Assembly: GCA_964016885.1 (NCBI GenBank)
Contig: OZ024740.1
Location: 381,114,001 to 381,178,000 of the forward strand
DNA: 64,000 nucleotides
DNA from: Eledone cirrhosa
Taxonomy: Eukaryota
Direction of reading: 5' to 3'
This document shows, in pieces, positions 53,445 to 64,000 of this stretch. Both the position numbers and the translations under genes were made by a program. Below the pieces are notes generated by a model. That model worked only from the letters and a program-made list of their open reading frames with translations, searched no databases and was not told the DNA's origin. Each line of letters opens with the position of its first letter. Positions within the stretch are counted from its first letter, which is position 1.

Positions 53445-53880
53445 ATGTTTTGGTTGATATCACTCGGATTATTACTGTTAGCTTCGGAACGATTATTGGT
53501 GTCCGGCCAGACAAGAGGCCGCAGACCACCCACTTCTCAAAGAGGACGAAACACTGATGATGAGAGTACCGTATCTTGCTACGACCGTCGGGGTCGAGCT
53601 AGGAAGTGTACTCCGGATTTTGAGAATGCCGCCTTCTCCCTGCCCGTAGAGGCGACCAACGTGTGCGGCTTGGAAGGCCCGCAGGTCTATTGCTTACAAG
53701 TCGGGGTACGGGGTGCCTCCAAATCCTGTCACTATTGCGATGCCAGGCATACCCAATTCGACCATTCCCCGCATCTGATGACGGATTACGAGGGACAGGG
53801 AAACTGGACTTGGTGGCAGAGTGAGACTATGTTGAAGAATGTCCAATATCCAAATTCTGTCAATCTCACCTTACATCTCA
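53445..53880 (+). CDS. LAMC1: Laminin subunit gamma-1 (LanB2-like), first coding exon: signal peptide + start of laminin N-terminal (LN) domain
   Basis: MFWLISLGLLLLA signal; CYD..CTPDFENAAF..ATNVCG..YCLQVGV.G..KSCHYCDA..MTDY..TWWQSETM..VQYPNSVNLTLHL matches the laminin gamma LN domain. Phase-1 donor A|GTAAGT at 53880/53881. In-frame upstream ATGs at 52992 and 53316. Confidence 0.93.
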
Positions 53881-56800
53881 GTAAGTTCCATTTCATTTCT
53901 ACCTTTCAATTTCCTACTTCCTCGTTTTCCACCCCCTTTATTTTTTTAACTTCTGATTGTTTACTTTAATTATACTTAACAAACCGCTCCCTGTTACCTG
54001 CATCAAGAAACGTACAACTTACGGACACATTTCCCGCATACTTTAAAAAATCTTTGTTTTCAGATTTACTTGTAAAGTTAATGCTTTTAATTAAGAAAGA
54101 CCCCACAGAAAATTCTGGCTTTATATCTCTATATGAAAAAATTATTTTCGCTGCCGTTTCTATAAAAATTGCTATCACTAAGAGAAAAAAAAAAGAATTC
54201 TCGTCGCACCTCTCATGGATCTTCCACCCAAACATATAACTTTAATAACTGAATGTTAGTACATATAATTCGTCTGTTCATTACGTGTTTTATTTCTGTT
54301 GTGATTTAAGAAAAGCAATTTAATGTTGATGCTACGAGTTATCGACATCAAAGTATCTGTCTGAATCATTGTATTCATATCTATTTATTAATGCTAAGGT
54401 ATACTGTTGAAATATCAAAATCATTTACATTGCTTTAATTGTAAGATGTAAGTTAGTTTCTTAAAACATCTGTATTAGTAATAAATGTAACAAGTTGACA
54501 GTATTGCGTGTGCGCCTCTATAGCTTAATTGAAACTATATACGAGGATCGGCTGAAAAGGTCATAGGCTGACCAAGATACTCTTATGGAATGACCAAATA
54601 AGGTTTATTTTTCAATATTGTCCCTAGAAGGAAACAATGCAGTTATTAAGAAGAGATGAAATTAATGCATGTTCAATTTCACAGCTCTAGTATCACTCCT
54701 TTATAATCAGTTAATAAACTGTAAGTTAAGTTTGACAATAAACCAACAAATTCGTTTTATGCAGTTAATTATTCTTAATTCATCATAACTTAAATTCTCT
54801 ATTCCTATCAGAATAGTTAAGGTAAGATAACTAGATTTAGAAAATACGATGTAACAATCAGTTATTTACAGGCTACAAATCTCCATTCATAACAACAAAC
54901 CCAAGCCACCTCGTTCACCATGTACCTAACACTGTAAATACATTTGTTTGGGTGGTAATATATATTTTTTATTTAGCTCAAATATTTAATTTCATTTCCT
55001 CTCACACTGCTTCATATTTTATCAATAACCGCGTCAACGTTCCACTCTGACAATTTTACTAAGTTGACTCACTAAACTAACCAGTACAGCTATGTAAGCT
55101 TGCTAAACACCAGACTTATTTATTATAAATGTTCACAACAACCTCTGTTCTACTTGCAAATATAGAATAGAATATATATATATATATACACACACACACA
55201 TACATATAAAGAACCCCATGTAAGTTATGTATGACACGGGAGAGACAGGTAGATTAGGAGGAGATTTAAAGTTTCTGCAGAACCTAGCATATTCGTTTAA
55301 ATGGGTGCTAATGTAGTAAACTCTCGAGGCGACTGTGTCATTCGGCTTCGATTTACTTTTGGTCACCACGCCGGTAATGAATGAACGAATGATTTTTAAC
55401 AAGGCGTAAGTGACGCCTGTTAAACTTTTATGTCTAGAATTTTGTCCAAAGAAATCGTCAATCATTTACTTATTGAGTTCCACGTTTTTTATTTTGTTTG
55501 TACCATATCTCTATTATATAGCTCATACATTTGGGAAAGCTATGGAATGTCATAAAATACCTGCTAAGTTCATGCTGCCTAGCTAGTTAAAACAATCTGC
55601 TTGCACGCTGGTTGTCTGCTCTAGCAAATTCCAAACGAACGCGTCTGCTATCCTCTCGTAACTTGGATTTATTCTTCTAATACTCTTTAAAGAAAGCATT
55701 GGCATTACAACTCTTAATGCCGCTGATCACGAGCATACAAACAATTAACTGCATATATAGCACTAGTATGTAGGATAAATAAATATTTATTAGATTTTAT
55801 AATACACACGCATATATTTATATCAATTATATGACCTGAGCGTAATAGTCACAGGAGACCGTGTCGGTGCATGCTGTCGGATGGACTAGCGGGTAATCCT
55901 GTCACCAATACTACATTCCGTCCTAAGTCAATGCATTTTCGCTTGATTCATTAACCCAACACTACAGCTGTAGATATATACCAACTTTAGGTGCATAGAA
56001 CTCATCGTTATAAAATCACGAAGAATATTGTATAATTAATTCATTAACGAGCGAGTCCTGTGCACTTTTTATGAATGAAGCCTCTGAAGTATTTTCTTGT
56101 TAGCACATCTTTAAACAGACATACGTTCCCGAAGTTAAAAATGAATTTTAGGTCCCCTAGAATCGCAATTCTTTTTCTTAACTGAAATCCAATATAGACT
56201 GGAGACAATATAATACCATGCTTTTTATAATGCATGTCTGATATTAAATTCAGTTAGGGGCAATTCCTTTTCCCCAAATTTTTTCTAACAGGAACGAATA
56301 ATTCAGCGAGCCATTAAAATACAACTAATATGCAATACAATCAACTCGTAGTAGTCGGTGTCAGCAAAAATCAGTTTAATAACGTTTGTGTTACACACGC
56401 ATTAGTCATTAGACCTGTTAAAAATCGCAGCTAAATCTCCGTCTAATCATACTTTACAGTCAGTGGGTGTATGTATATATTCACATTTTCATGCATGTTC
56501 AATATATATGTTTTAAACTCTGTGTGTATTCCTCCTACTTTCGAAATTTGAATCTCCCAGACTATGATATACTTCTGATAATTTCCCCATCTTACGAAAC
56601 AGGATTACTTTCGTCATCAGACGATAGTCCTAGCATGTAGCTATCTCTCCCCTCCCGCTTTTTATTTCTCTTATTTCTTTCTTTGGCTCAAATAAAGTCA
56701 AAATACTTGTTGCGACTACTACTATTACCATCACTACGTTCCCCCATTCTCCTCTGCACACATTCCCCCCCACCTCTTTTTATTCAAACTATACCATACG

Positions 56801-59800
56801 AAAGGAACCTTTGTGATCACTCGACCCGCTAGAAATAACAGCCACATCCACATTAAACTTTACTAAAAAGACAATAGCAGCTAAATTGCCCTAAAATAAA
56901 ACTAAAATATTACACTAAATAAAGTATTCCACGATACACAATGCCTGAGGGGGGTGAGAGAACAAGATAGCTGAGGCTAGAATGCCTTTGATCATACCTG
57001 ATCAATCAGGTCTGTCTCGGGGCTAAACAACAAAGAACAAGTTAACTTAGTGTTCGTGACTTAGTAAGACAGTGTGAAGACAGACAAGAAGTGTGGGAAA
57101 AAGTGTGTGAATCGATTGCCATAAGAAACAGAGCTCTGGAGTTCTCAATTAATTGACAAACTATGTTAGATTGTCGTGATGATTGTTTAGCTATGTTGGT
57201 TCTGAGCGAGCAGACATATGACAAAAGGAGTTCCAGTCGTGACCATTCTGTGTATATAGTTATTTTAAGGGAATTGCCTGTATATAACAAGTATTCCTCG
57301 TAGTTAACCTTATACTTTGAGGCATTTTTCATGTTTATTTACCTCCTCCCCTTCTATAATAAAAAGATTTGATTATTTATCTATTTATTTTGTTTTTGCA
57401 TTTACTATCGACGATCCAACTTAGTTCGAGTAAATTAATCGTAAGCGGCGATTTGACAGTCGATAGGACACGTGATAGGATGAATGCCTTTCGGTATTCA
57501 TTCCGGCTCTCTGCACGCTTAGTTCAAATCCCACCGAGGTCAACTTTTCTTTTCATCCTTTCAAGAACGATAAAGTAACATCATTGGAAGTCGATTTGTG
57601 GACGAGTACACACATACACGTTCCCACACATTTCCACAGAAGTTGGCTGTGTTTAGGACATAGAGAGGTCCTTACGAGTTGTGGAAATTATTCTTCGGAT
57701 ACCTGGCTGGCTCTTTTTTAAAGTAACCCGTCCTTGGTATGGGAAATTGATTGTTCCAAACACGTTAATTTAATTAATCAATTACGTATTGATTTCTGTT
57801 AGTAAAACTTACGGATCGAACAGTTAAGAGTACAAAAACAAACGTTTTATACATTTTTTAGGCGTATGACTAAAAAATAGGGCCTTCTTGCCGAACCCTT
57901 TCTTTTCTACTTACAGTTAGGAAAAGAATGAATATTACTTTACAAAACCACGAAATCGAATTAAAGACCACTAATGGTATAATTCTCTGCAAAATGGAAT
58001 AAATGTTACACCTTTTTTATATTCTTATTCATAGTTATAAGTTTTTATTTTAGAAATCTTGTGTTACAAATAATTGTTTCTACATTTGACACAAGGCCAA
58101 CAATTACCCCAGTGTATTACTGGTGCTTTATTTTATCGACCCCGTAAGGATGCAAGGCAAAGTTAACCTATAGAAGTAGATGTCAAACGCTTGTTCGTAA
58201 TATGTATTATTCATAATTTTGTGTCAGTTGAGATTATTAAACACTCCTGTCGCTGCAACATCTTAAATATACTAAAAAAAAAAATAATGATTTTACTGGA
58301 ACAAAAGTTTCGTTGCAAACAATCTCGGTCTTCCACGACGTTTCGACTGTTATTTATGATTATTTCTTAATGTTAACTACAGAAATTTCTCAGCAGTAGA
58401 ACTAGCGATGCTAGTGGTAATGGTAAAAATGCCCTGAAATAAATTCTCTATTGTCGATTCATAAAAAAAGTTCTTGAATGTAGCACTATTTAAATGGGGC
58501 GCTAGCAACTTATGGGCCCCACTTTCTATTTTTTTTAATGCTTTTTAGTTTTGCCCATGGTTTATTATATCATATTGCATATACGAATTTAATTGATTGT
58601 TTCTTCCCCCAAATTTCTGGCCTGTAAGAATTTATTATATATAAAGAGAAAATCCTATTATAGTAAGAATTAAGTAACCTAGATCTAGTTTATTACTGAA
58701 ATGACCAGCCTGTGTGTGAGGACTTACAAAGTGTTGGTTGACTTATATCATACGACCAAAACGTTTTGCTTATACTTTGGAAGATTTCTTGTGAAGAACC
58801 AGCTAGATTCCTTTAACAGAAGAAATTTACCAAGTCGCCCTATGTTATTGTCATTAGTTCATTAACGTCAACAGTACCCATTGAGAAGTAAATAAGTCTT
58901 ACTTTCCTTATGATGCATATATCGCTAAAGGTCCACAATTTGGTTCATCTTTCGTTTTAACTAATAGTCTCCTCCTTCCGAATAGTTAGGTGACGGCATG
59001 CTGTTGTGAACAGCGTGGGAATAGAAATATATTGTCTCAGATGGAGACTTTTATTGGATTCATTAGCGATAGCACTGAAACAACATGATTTAGAATAGAG
59101 ATGTAGATGGACCCCCCCCCCCCCCCCGCCCCACATAAAATATGTTTATGTATGATAAACCTGCATTTTGTTTTGCTGAGTATTACTGCATATCACAGCT
59201 ACCTTGACATCGGACTAAGAGCAAATTAGACATGTATTCCACTGCCGTTTACTTATACCCCAAGACCGTATGACAGTAAAAAAACGTCTTATGGATATCT
59301 TAAACAAACTATTCTTGTCATTTTAAAATTTGAGACAATGCAGTTAAATTCAAATTATAAAAAGAATTTGTTTTCAAAGCAATCGGCGAGGCAAGTCGAA
59401 AATCCTGTTAGGTCCAGTCTATATTTTTTCTTCTCTTTCTTATTCTACTAAGGAATTGCGAAAGGCATGAATCGTATTTCTTCCCCGAAATATTTCTTTC
59501 GTAAGTGATATTTATCATAAATACCTGGTAAATCTAAATAATTATAGGGCTGTTCACCGTGAAAAGCCAAACAATTGATTGTTTAAGGCTGTTATGTGTT
59601 AACAATAGCTTTCATTTGAAGAAAATGAAAAGATCTCACTCGATTCACCGGTTTGAGTATATACACATAACAAACCTGTCAACTCTTCCCGTCCAACGGG
59701 GAGATCTCCCACCCGCTCTAGGTTGGGTGAGAGATGTCTTCTTTTGTGAAAATGGGTATAGCTTTCATTATGTAAAATCTCCCCTTTTTACCTAATTTCT

Positions 59801-60869
59801 CCCTGTTTTGGGATACTTCTTTTTCATGGTACTCTCCGTTTCGGTTTTTAGAGCTTGGCAGGTTTAACATTAGGTTTTCTCGTCGACCCTAATATATGTA
59901 TGTGTGTACGTATGTACACATATGGGTGGAGCATGTGAAATGAATTCTGGACATTGGACGAAATATTTTCACTTTCATCAAATAATCTATTGTCAATAGT
60001 AACCGTCCTCAATCCTCAGATTGATTTAATCAACCAACTCTCCCTCTCAAATTTCCGACCTAGTGCCAATTTTCGAAACTGTTGTAATAAAGCTAGATAT
60101 TACTGCTGTTACCTATGCAGTAACTATTATTTTATTTAGATTTACGAAATTAAGACAATTTATGTATATAAATCTGTAAATAAAGCCATAAAGCAAGAAG
60201 AGATTATCCAAATGTCATTAATTCCATTTAAAGATTCAATCCAATATAATCTTAACTTCAGCCTGCCGAGAGCAGGCATTGTCAGATTATGAACTTTTCG
60301 TTTCTTTTGGTTCGTAAGAACAATAGGGAGTTCCAAAATTAGTTATCAGGTTAAAGATTTCAACGAAAGGCAGTTCAAATGTTTTTATTTAAACCCGAGA
60401 AAGAATAAAGAAGTTATCCATACGCTGTTGTTTAATCCTGACCGAGAATATATAGTGCCTCATATTCACTATGACGGAATGATCACAACTAGAAAATCTT
60501 TGGTCAAGGGATCAAAGGGATTCTAGCTGTGACCATCCCGTCATAGTGTATAAGAAAAACTGCATTGTCCAGTGTGTCGTCCCTTCAAGACAGTAAGGTT
60601 TGGGAGGAGAAGGATTTGGCTATTATATTTAACAGGTTGGGGACCACATAACGACTGCATCATTTGCTCATGTTTCATTTAGTTTGTTTCAGCCATCATT
60701 ACTAAGACCAAGCTGGAGTACCGTATCCAGATTTTGTTTCGTAGCAACGCGGCTAAAGAAGAGAGATTTCATTTAATTTTTCTTCCTTCATTTAAAATTT
60801 TCTTAGTTTTGTGCTAGTATTTCCCGCATTCTGTAATCAGAAGGGAGGAAGGTGTAAACCTCTAACTGG

Positions 60870-61310
60870 CTATCTTCACTTCGGTATTCGTGCCGATCGT
60901 TTTATGTGAGTAATGACCGAAAGAATACAATCACGAACACAAGCTGTCGAAATGGGGGTTCCTCCGAAGTGTCTTTGGAGTAATGTTACTCAACAGAGTG
61001 CATAGATTGGAGATCAGAGCGTCGCTCCAAGTAGAGCCGCTACTTCTCCGAATTAAGAGGTCACAGTTCAGATCCTATGGACATGTGATTAAAATGCTTC
61101 AAGAAAGCATCACTGAGCAGATTTTACGGGGAAAATCAACGGACAGGAGACCCAGGGTTAGACCCCGAGCAAGATTATTGGATAGTATCCATGATTTCGG
61201 CTGATTTCTCTTGGGGATCTAGCAGGATTAATAGGAGATGGTGGCTTCTGGAAGGAGTGTTTGAGGACTCTGCTCACACGACCCTCCCAGGAATAAGTGA
61301 GCGAAGAAGC
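60870..61310 (+). mobile_element. RTE (Rex3/Expander-like) LINE C-terminus
   Basis: EIRASLQVEPLLLRIKRSQFRSYGHVIKM..RRPRVRPRARLLDSI. Confidence 0.85.
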
Positions 61311-63644
61311 AGCTTAAAAAACAGACAGCAAAAAAAAAAAAATAATAATAATTATAATAATAATTGTTTTTACTTTAGGCACAATAATAATAAATAAAAT
61401 CAAACTCTTGTCGTGGCATAGATAGATAGATAGTATATGCTAACTGGAAAGACTCTGATAGACATGTGCCAAAATTAAACTAGAAGATATGTTCGAGAAA
61501 GATAAAAATGGAATGTGTTACTGAACTTTTTTTTATTTTCATTTCCAAGAATTTTCATCTAGAATTAACTCAAATTTCTAAAATTAAATATAAAACATAA
61601 ATTTCTTAGTATAGTTAATACATTGTGGGATATGTAATAAATGATTGATACGGCGCAATTCGGTAGAAATATATAAAGGGAAAAGGATGACAAATAAAAT
61701 AAAATAAAACAAAACAAGGTAATGTTTTACCCAGTATATTTCAATATATTTCAGGATTAAACCCTCTTTTCAAATGTGAAATGGAAACAGTTCAAAACAA
61801 AAATGAACGATCGACGTGTCCTTCCTTAACTGGTCTACATATTACCAGCATTAAGTTAGGGCAGAACAGATTAGTTTGTGAGTTGGTAATATATTTGATA
61901 CTTGAACAATTTCTTAATACTTTTCTTGTTTAAACAACATATATTATCGTTTAGATACTATCTACTTGATATTTTTCTTTGTTAGCAAGAGAAAGAAAGA
62001 ATAAATCATATAAACATTTTGGAATATCCATCACGGAAATTTATTTAGTCATTGTTAATTTTAGGGAGTGTGAGTCGTCTGCCTGCAACATTGTCTAAAG
62101 TTATCTTCTTTACCCCCCCCCCCCCCCCCGCCCCCTCCTAAAACACACACACGCAGACTGAGAATGAAAGAGAAGGAGCAAACAACCCTTACGATCTAAA
62201 TGCATTTTCTCCTTAAAATATGGTGTTACTATTACCACTGTAAAATTATTTATTAAAAGCAAAATCCTCCCAAAACATAAAACCTTACACCCCACAGAGA
62301 ACCTTAACTCCCTACAGAGAAAATGCATCTTCCTGTCTAGCAAATTTATCCAGTTACCATATTTTTATTTGCAACACTTGCACTCCGCTTTAATGTGATA
62401 TCCGTTTGTCTTCTTTGTTTACTTAGTAACGCAGAAAAGATTTCTTTTCCATTCGCAGATGACGATACACCGTAGCTTATTTATATTTTACCATTCCTTT
62501 TTAAAATTCTCAAACTCTTTCGAGTATATATATTATTATTATTAGCTTCCTGTATCGCCTAATACTTTTCTTTTTAAGTCAGCTTTGTTGCTTCTTCTAC
62601 AACTCCCTTTTTTTATTCTTCAATTCCCACCAGACAGCACCCTCCTCCCTTAAGAGGTAGGGGTAGGAGTCACAAAGACGGTGCTTCTGTTTTAAATTCT
62701 CTCATTCATCACCATACGTCTATCTTAGGACTTTATTTATACGTTTGTATATATTATTGTGGTGATAATAAAGAAAGGATTCTAAGAAACGATGGGTGGA
62801 TTGGCAGAATCGTTAGAGCGTCAGATGAAAATGCTTGCTTTACGGTTTTTAAAAATCCGTCCGAGGTCAACTTTGCTTTTCATCCTGCCGTGGTCGATAG
62901 AATAAAGCACCAGTGAAGTACTGGGGTCGATACAATCGATTTTCACTTGCTAGACAGATTTATTAAAATAAATTATTTTTATGTGTAAACCACAGAAACC
63001 GCATCTAGATCTAGATTCATACCCCCCTCCCCCCAGATACTGAAGGCTGCCAAGGATTTTCTTAGAACAAATTAAATTAGTTGTTGCTGTGGTGAACTTT
63101 ATTTTCTCTCATTTTCATGCACTCTTTAACACTGCTTTATTACCCAGCATATATATTTTACTTACTGATTTTTGTACACCGGTCTCCTAAATATGTTCTC
63201 TATAAAAGACAAGATATAACACATTGAGATATAATGAACACATTGAGATATAATGTACATTACTGACCAATTTTTAAATATATATATGACAATCTCCCTA
63301 GTGGTAATGCAATTCTAAAATGTACCTGGGCTCTGTAGAGTCCAGGAATGTATATAAGGAAGTAGCAGCCCCCAGTTGGCCAGGGAGGCCAATGGCTCTA
63401 ATTAAGTACTGACTTGGTCTTTGCTGGTACATCCAACCAACCCTTGCTAGCAGGGAAAATGGATGTTAAATGATGGTGATGATTATTGTGTGTATGTGTG
63501 TGTTTACTGTCTGCCTGTCAGTCTGTTTCTCCGTTAACCCTTTAGCATTTCAATCAGTTGTATCCGGTCAGAATTTTCTTCTTTCAGTTCAGACCAGCTG
63601 TAACTGGCCACTTATACTGATGTGAAGGTGTTGCTCTCAAAATA

Positions 63645-63832
63645 AATAATTGTTTCTACTTTTGGCACAAGGCCAGCAATTATCCTAGGGCATTACTGGT
63701 GCTTTTTATCGACCCCGTAAGGATGAAAGGCAAAGTTAACCTTGGCGGGATTTGGACTCAGACCATACAGAGCCGTAACTCTATGCTGCAAAGCATGGCA
63801 TCCGAACCTCCACCGATACTGCCAATCCACCA
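63645..63832 (-). mobile_element. SINE family A copy; other intronic copies at 57450-57580(+), 58070-58170(-), 62793-62945(+)
   Basis: Reverse-complement match to family A. Confidence 0.9.
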
Positions 63833-64000
63833 ATATTATGTGAGATAAAGCCTTTACTGTGAAAATACAATAGTATATACAGAATAAAGTAAGTGTTAAT
63901 GTCTACAACACTTACACCTTACCCATTTTCCTCGGTGAATCTATATCATTTTTTTTCTTGATGTTACCTATTGTGTTTGTGTGTGAGATTTCTTGTAAGT

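Larger units (their letters stand above)
53881..64000 (+). other. Laminin gamma intron (>10 kb; next exon not seen in window)
   Basis: Canonical GTAAGT donor. I found no exon encoding the expected K[AS]FDITY..F...RPESF continuation. Confidence 0.7.

Noticed and set aside
53575-53880. Netrin instead of laminin gamma
   Set aside because: YCLQVGVRGASKSC and TWWQSETM..VQYPNSVNLTLHL fit laminin gamma-1 better; downstream exons would confirm.
53881-53969. C-terminal tail SKFHFISTF... of ORF 52986-53969
   Set aside because: Read-through into the intron after the GTAAGT donor.
62435-62480. Acceptor-like tttcttttccattcgcag as the next laminin exon
   Set aside because: The downstream sequence does not encode the LN-domain continuation.

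Overview
AT-rich, microsatellite-rich eukaryotic DNA. The SINE and repeat families resemble those I recall from octopod cephalopods (inference, not a database result). The only clear host gene is the first coding exon of a laminin gamma-1 chain (+, ~53.0-53.9 kb), followed by >10 kb of intron. The rest is decayed transposable elements: Tx1/L1-, RTE-, R4/Dong- and CRE-clade LINE relics, a Tc1/mariner relic, several MITEs, a tandem non-autonomous Helitron dimer and >25 tRNA-derived SINE copies. The most interesting signals are dispersed hammerhead-ribozyme-like motifs (best at 45.84-45.93 kb, minus strand), a (TA)n-associated three-copy element with a long fold-back hairpin whose arms co-vary, an in-frame 151-codon extension ahead of the laminin signal peptide, splice signals bracketing the Tx1 ORF1-ORF2 spacer, and a perfect 61-bp palindrome at a SINE insertion. 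Family assignments come from motif recognition by eye; most TE boundaries are approximate.
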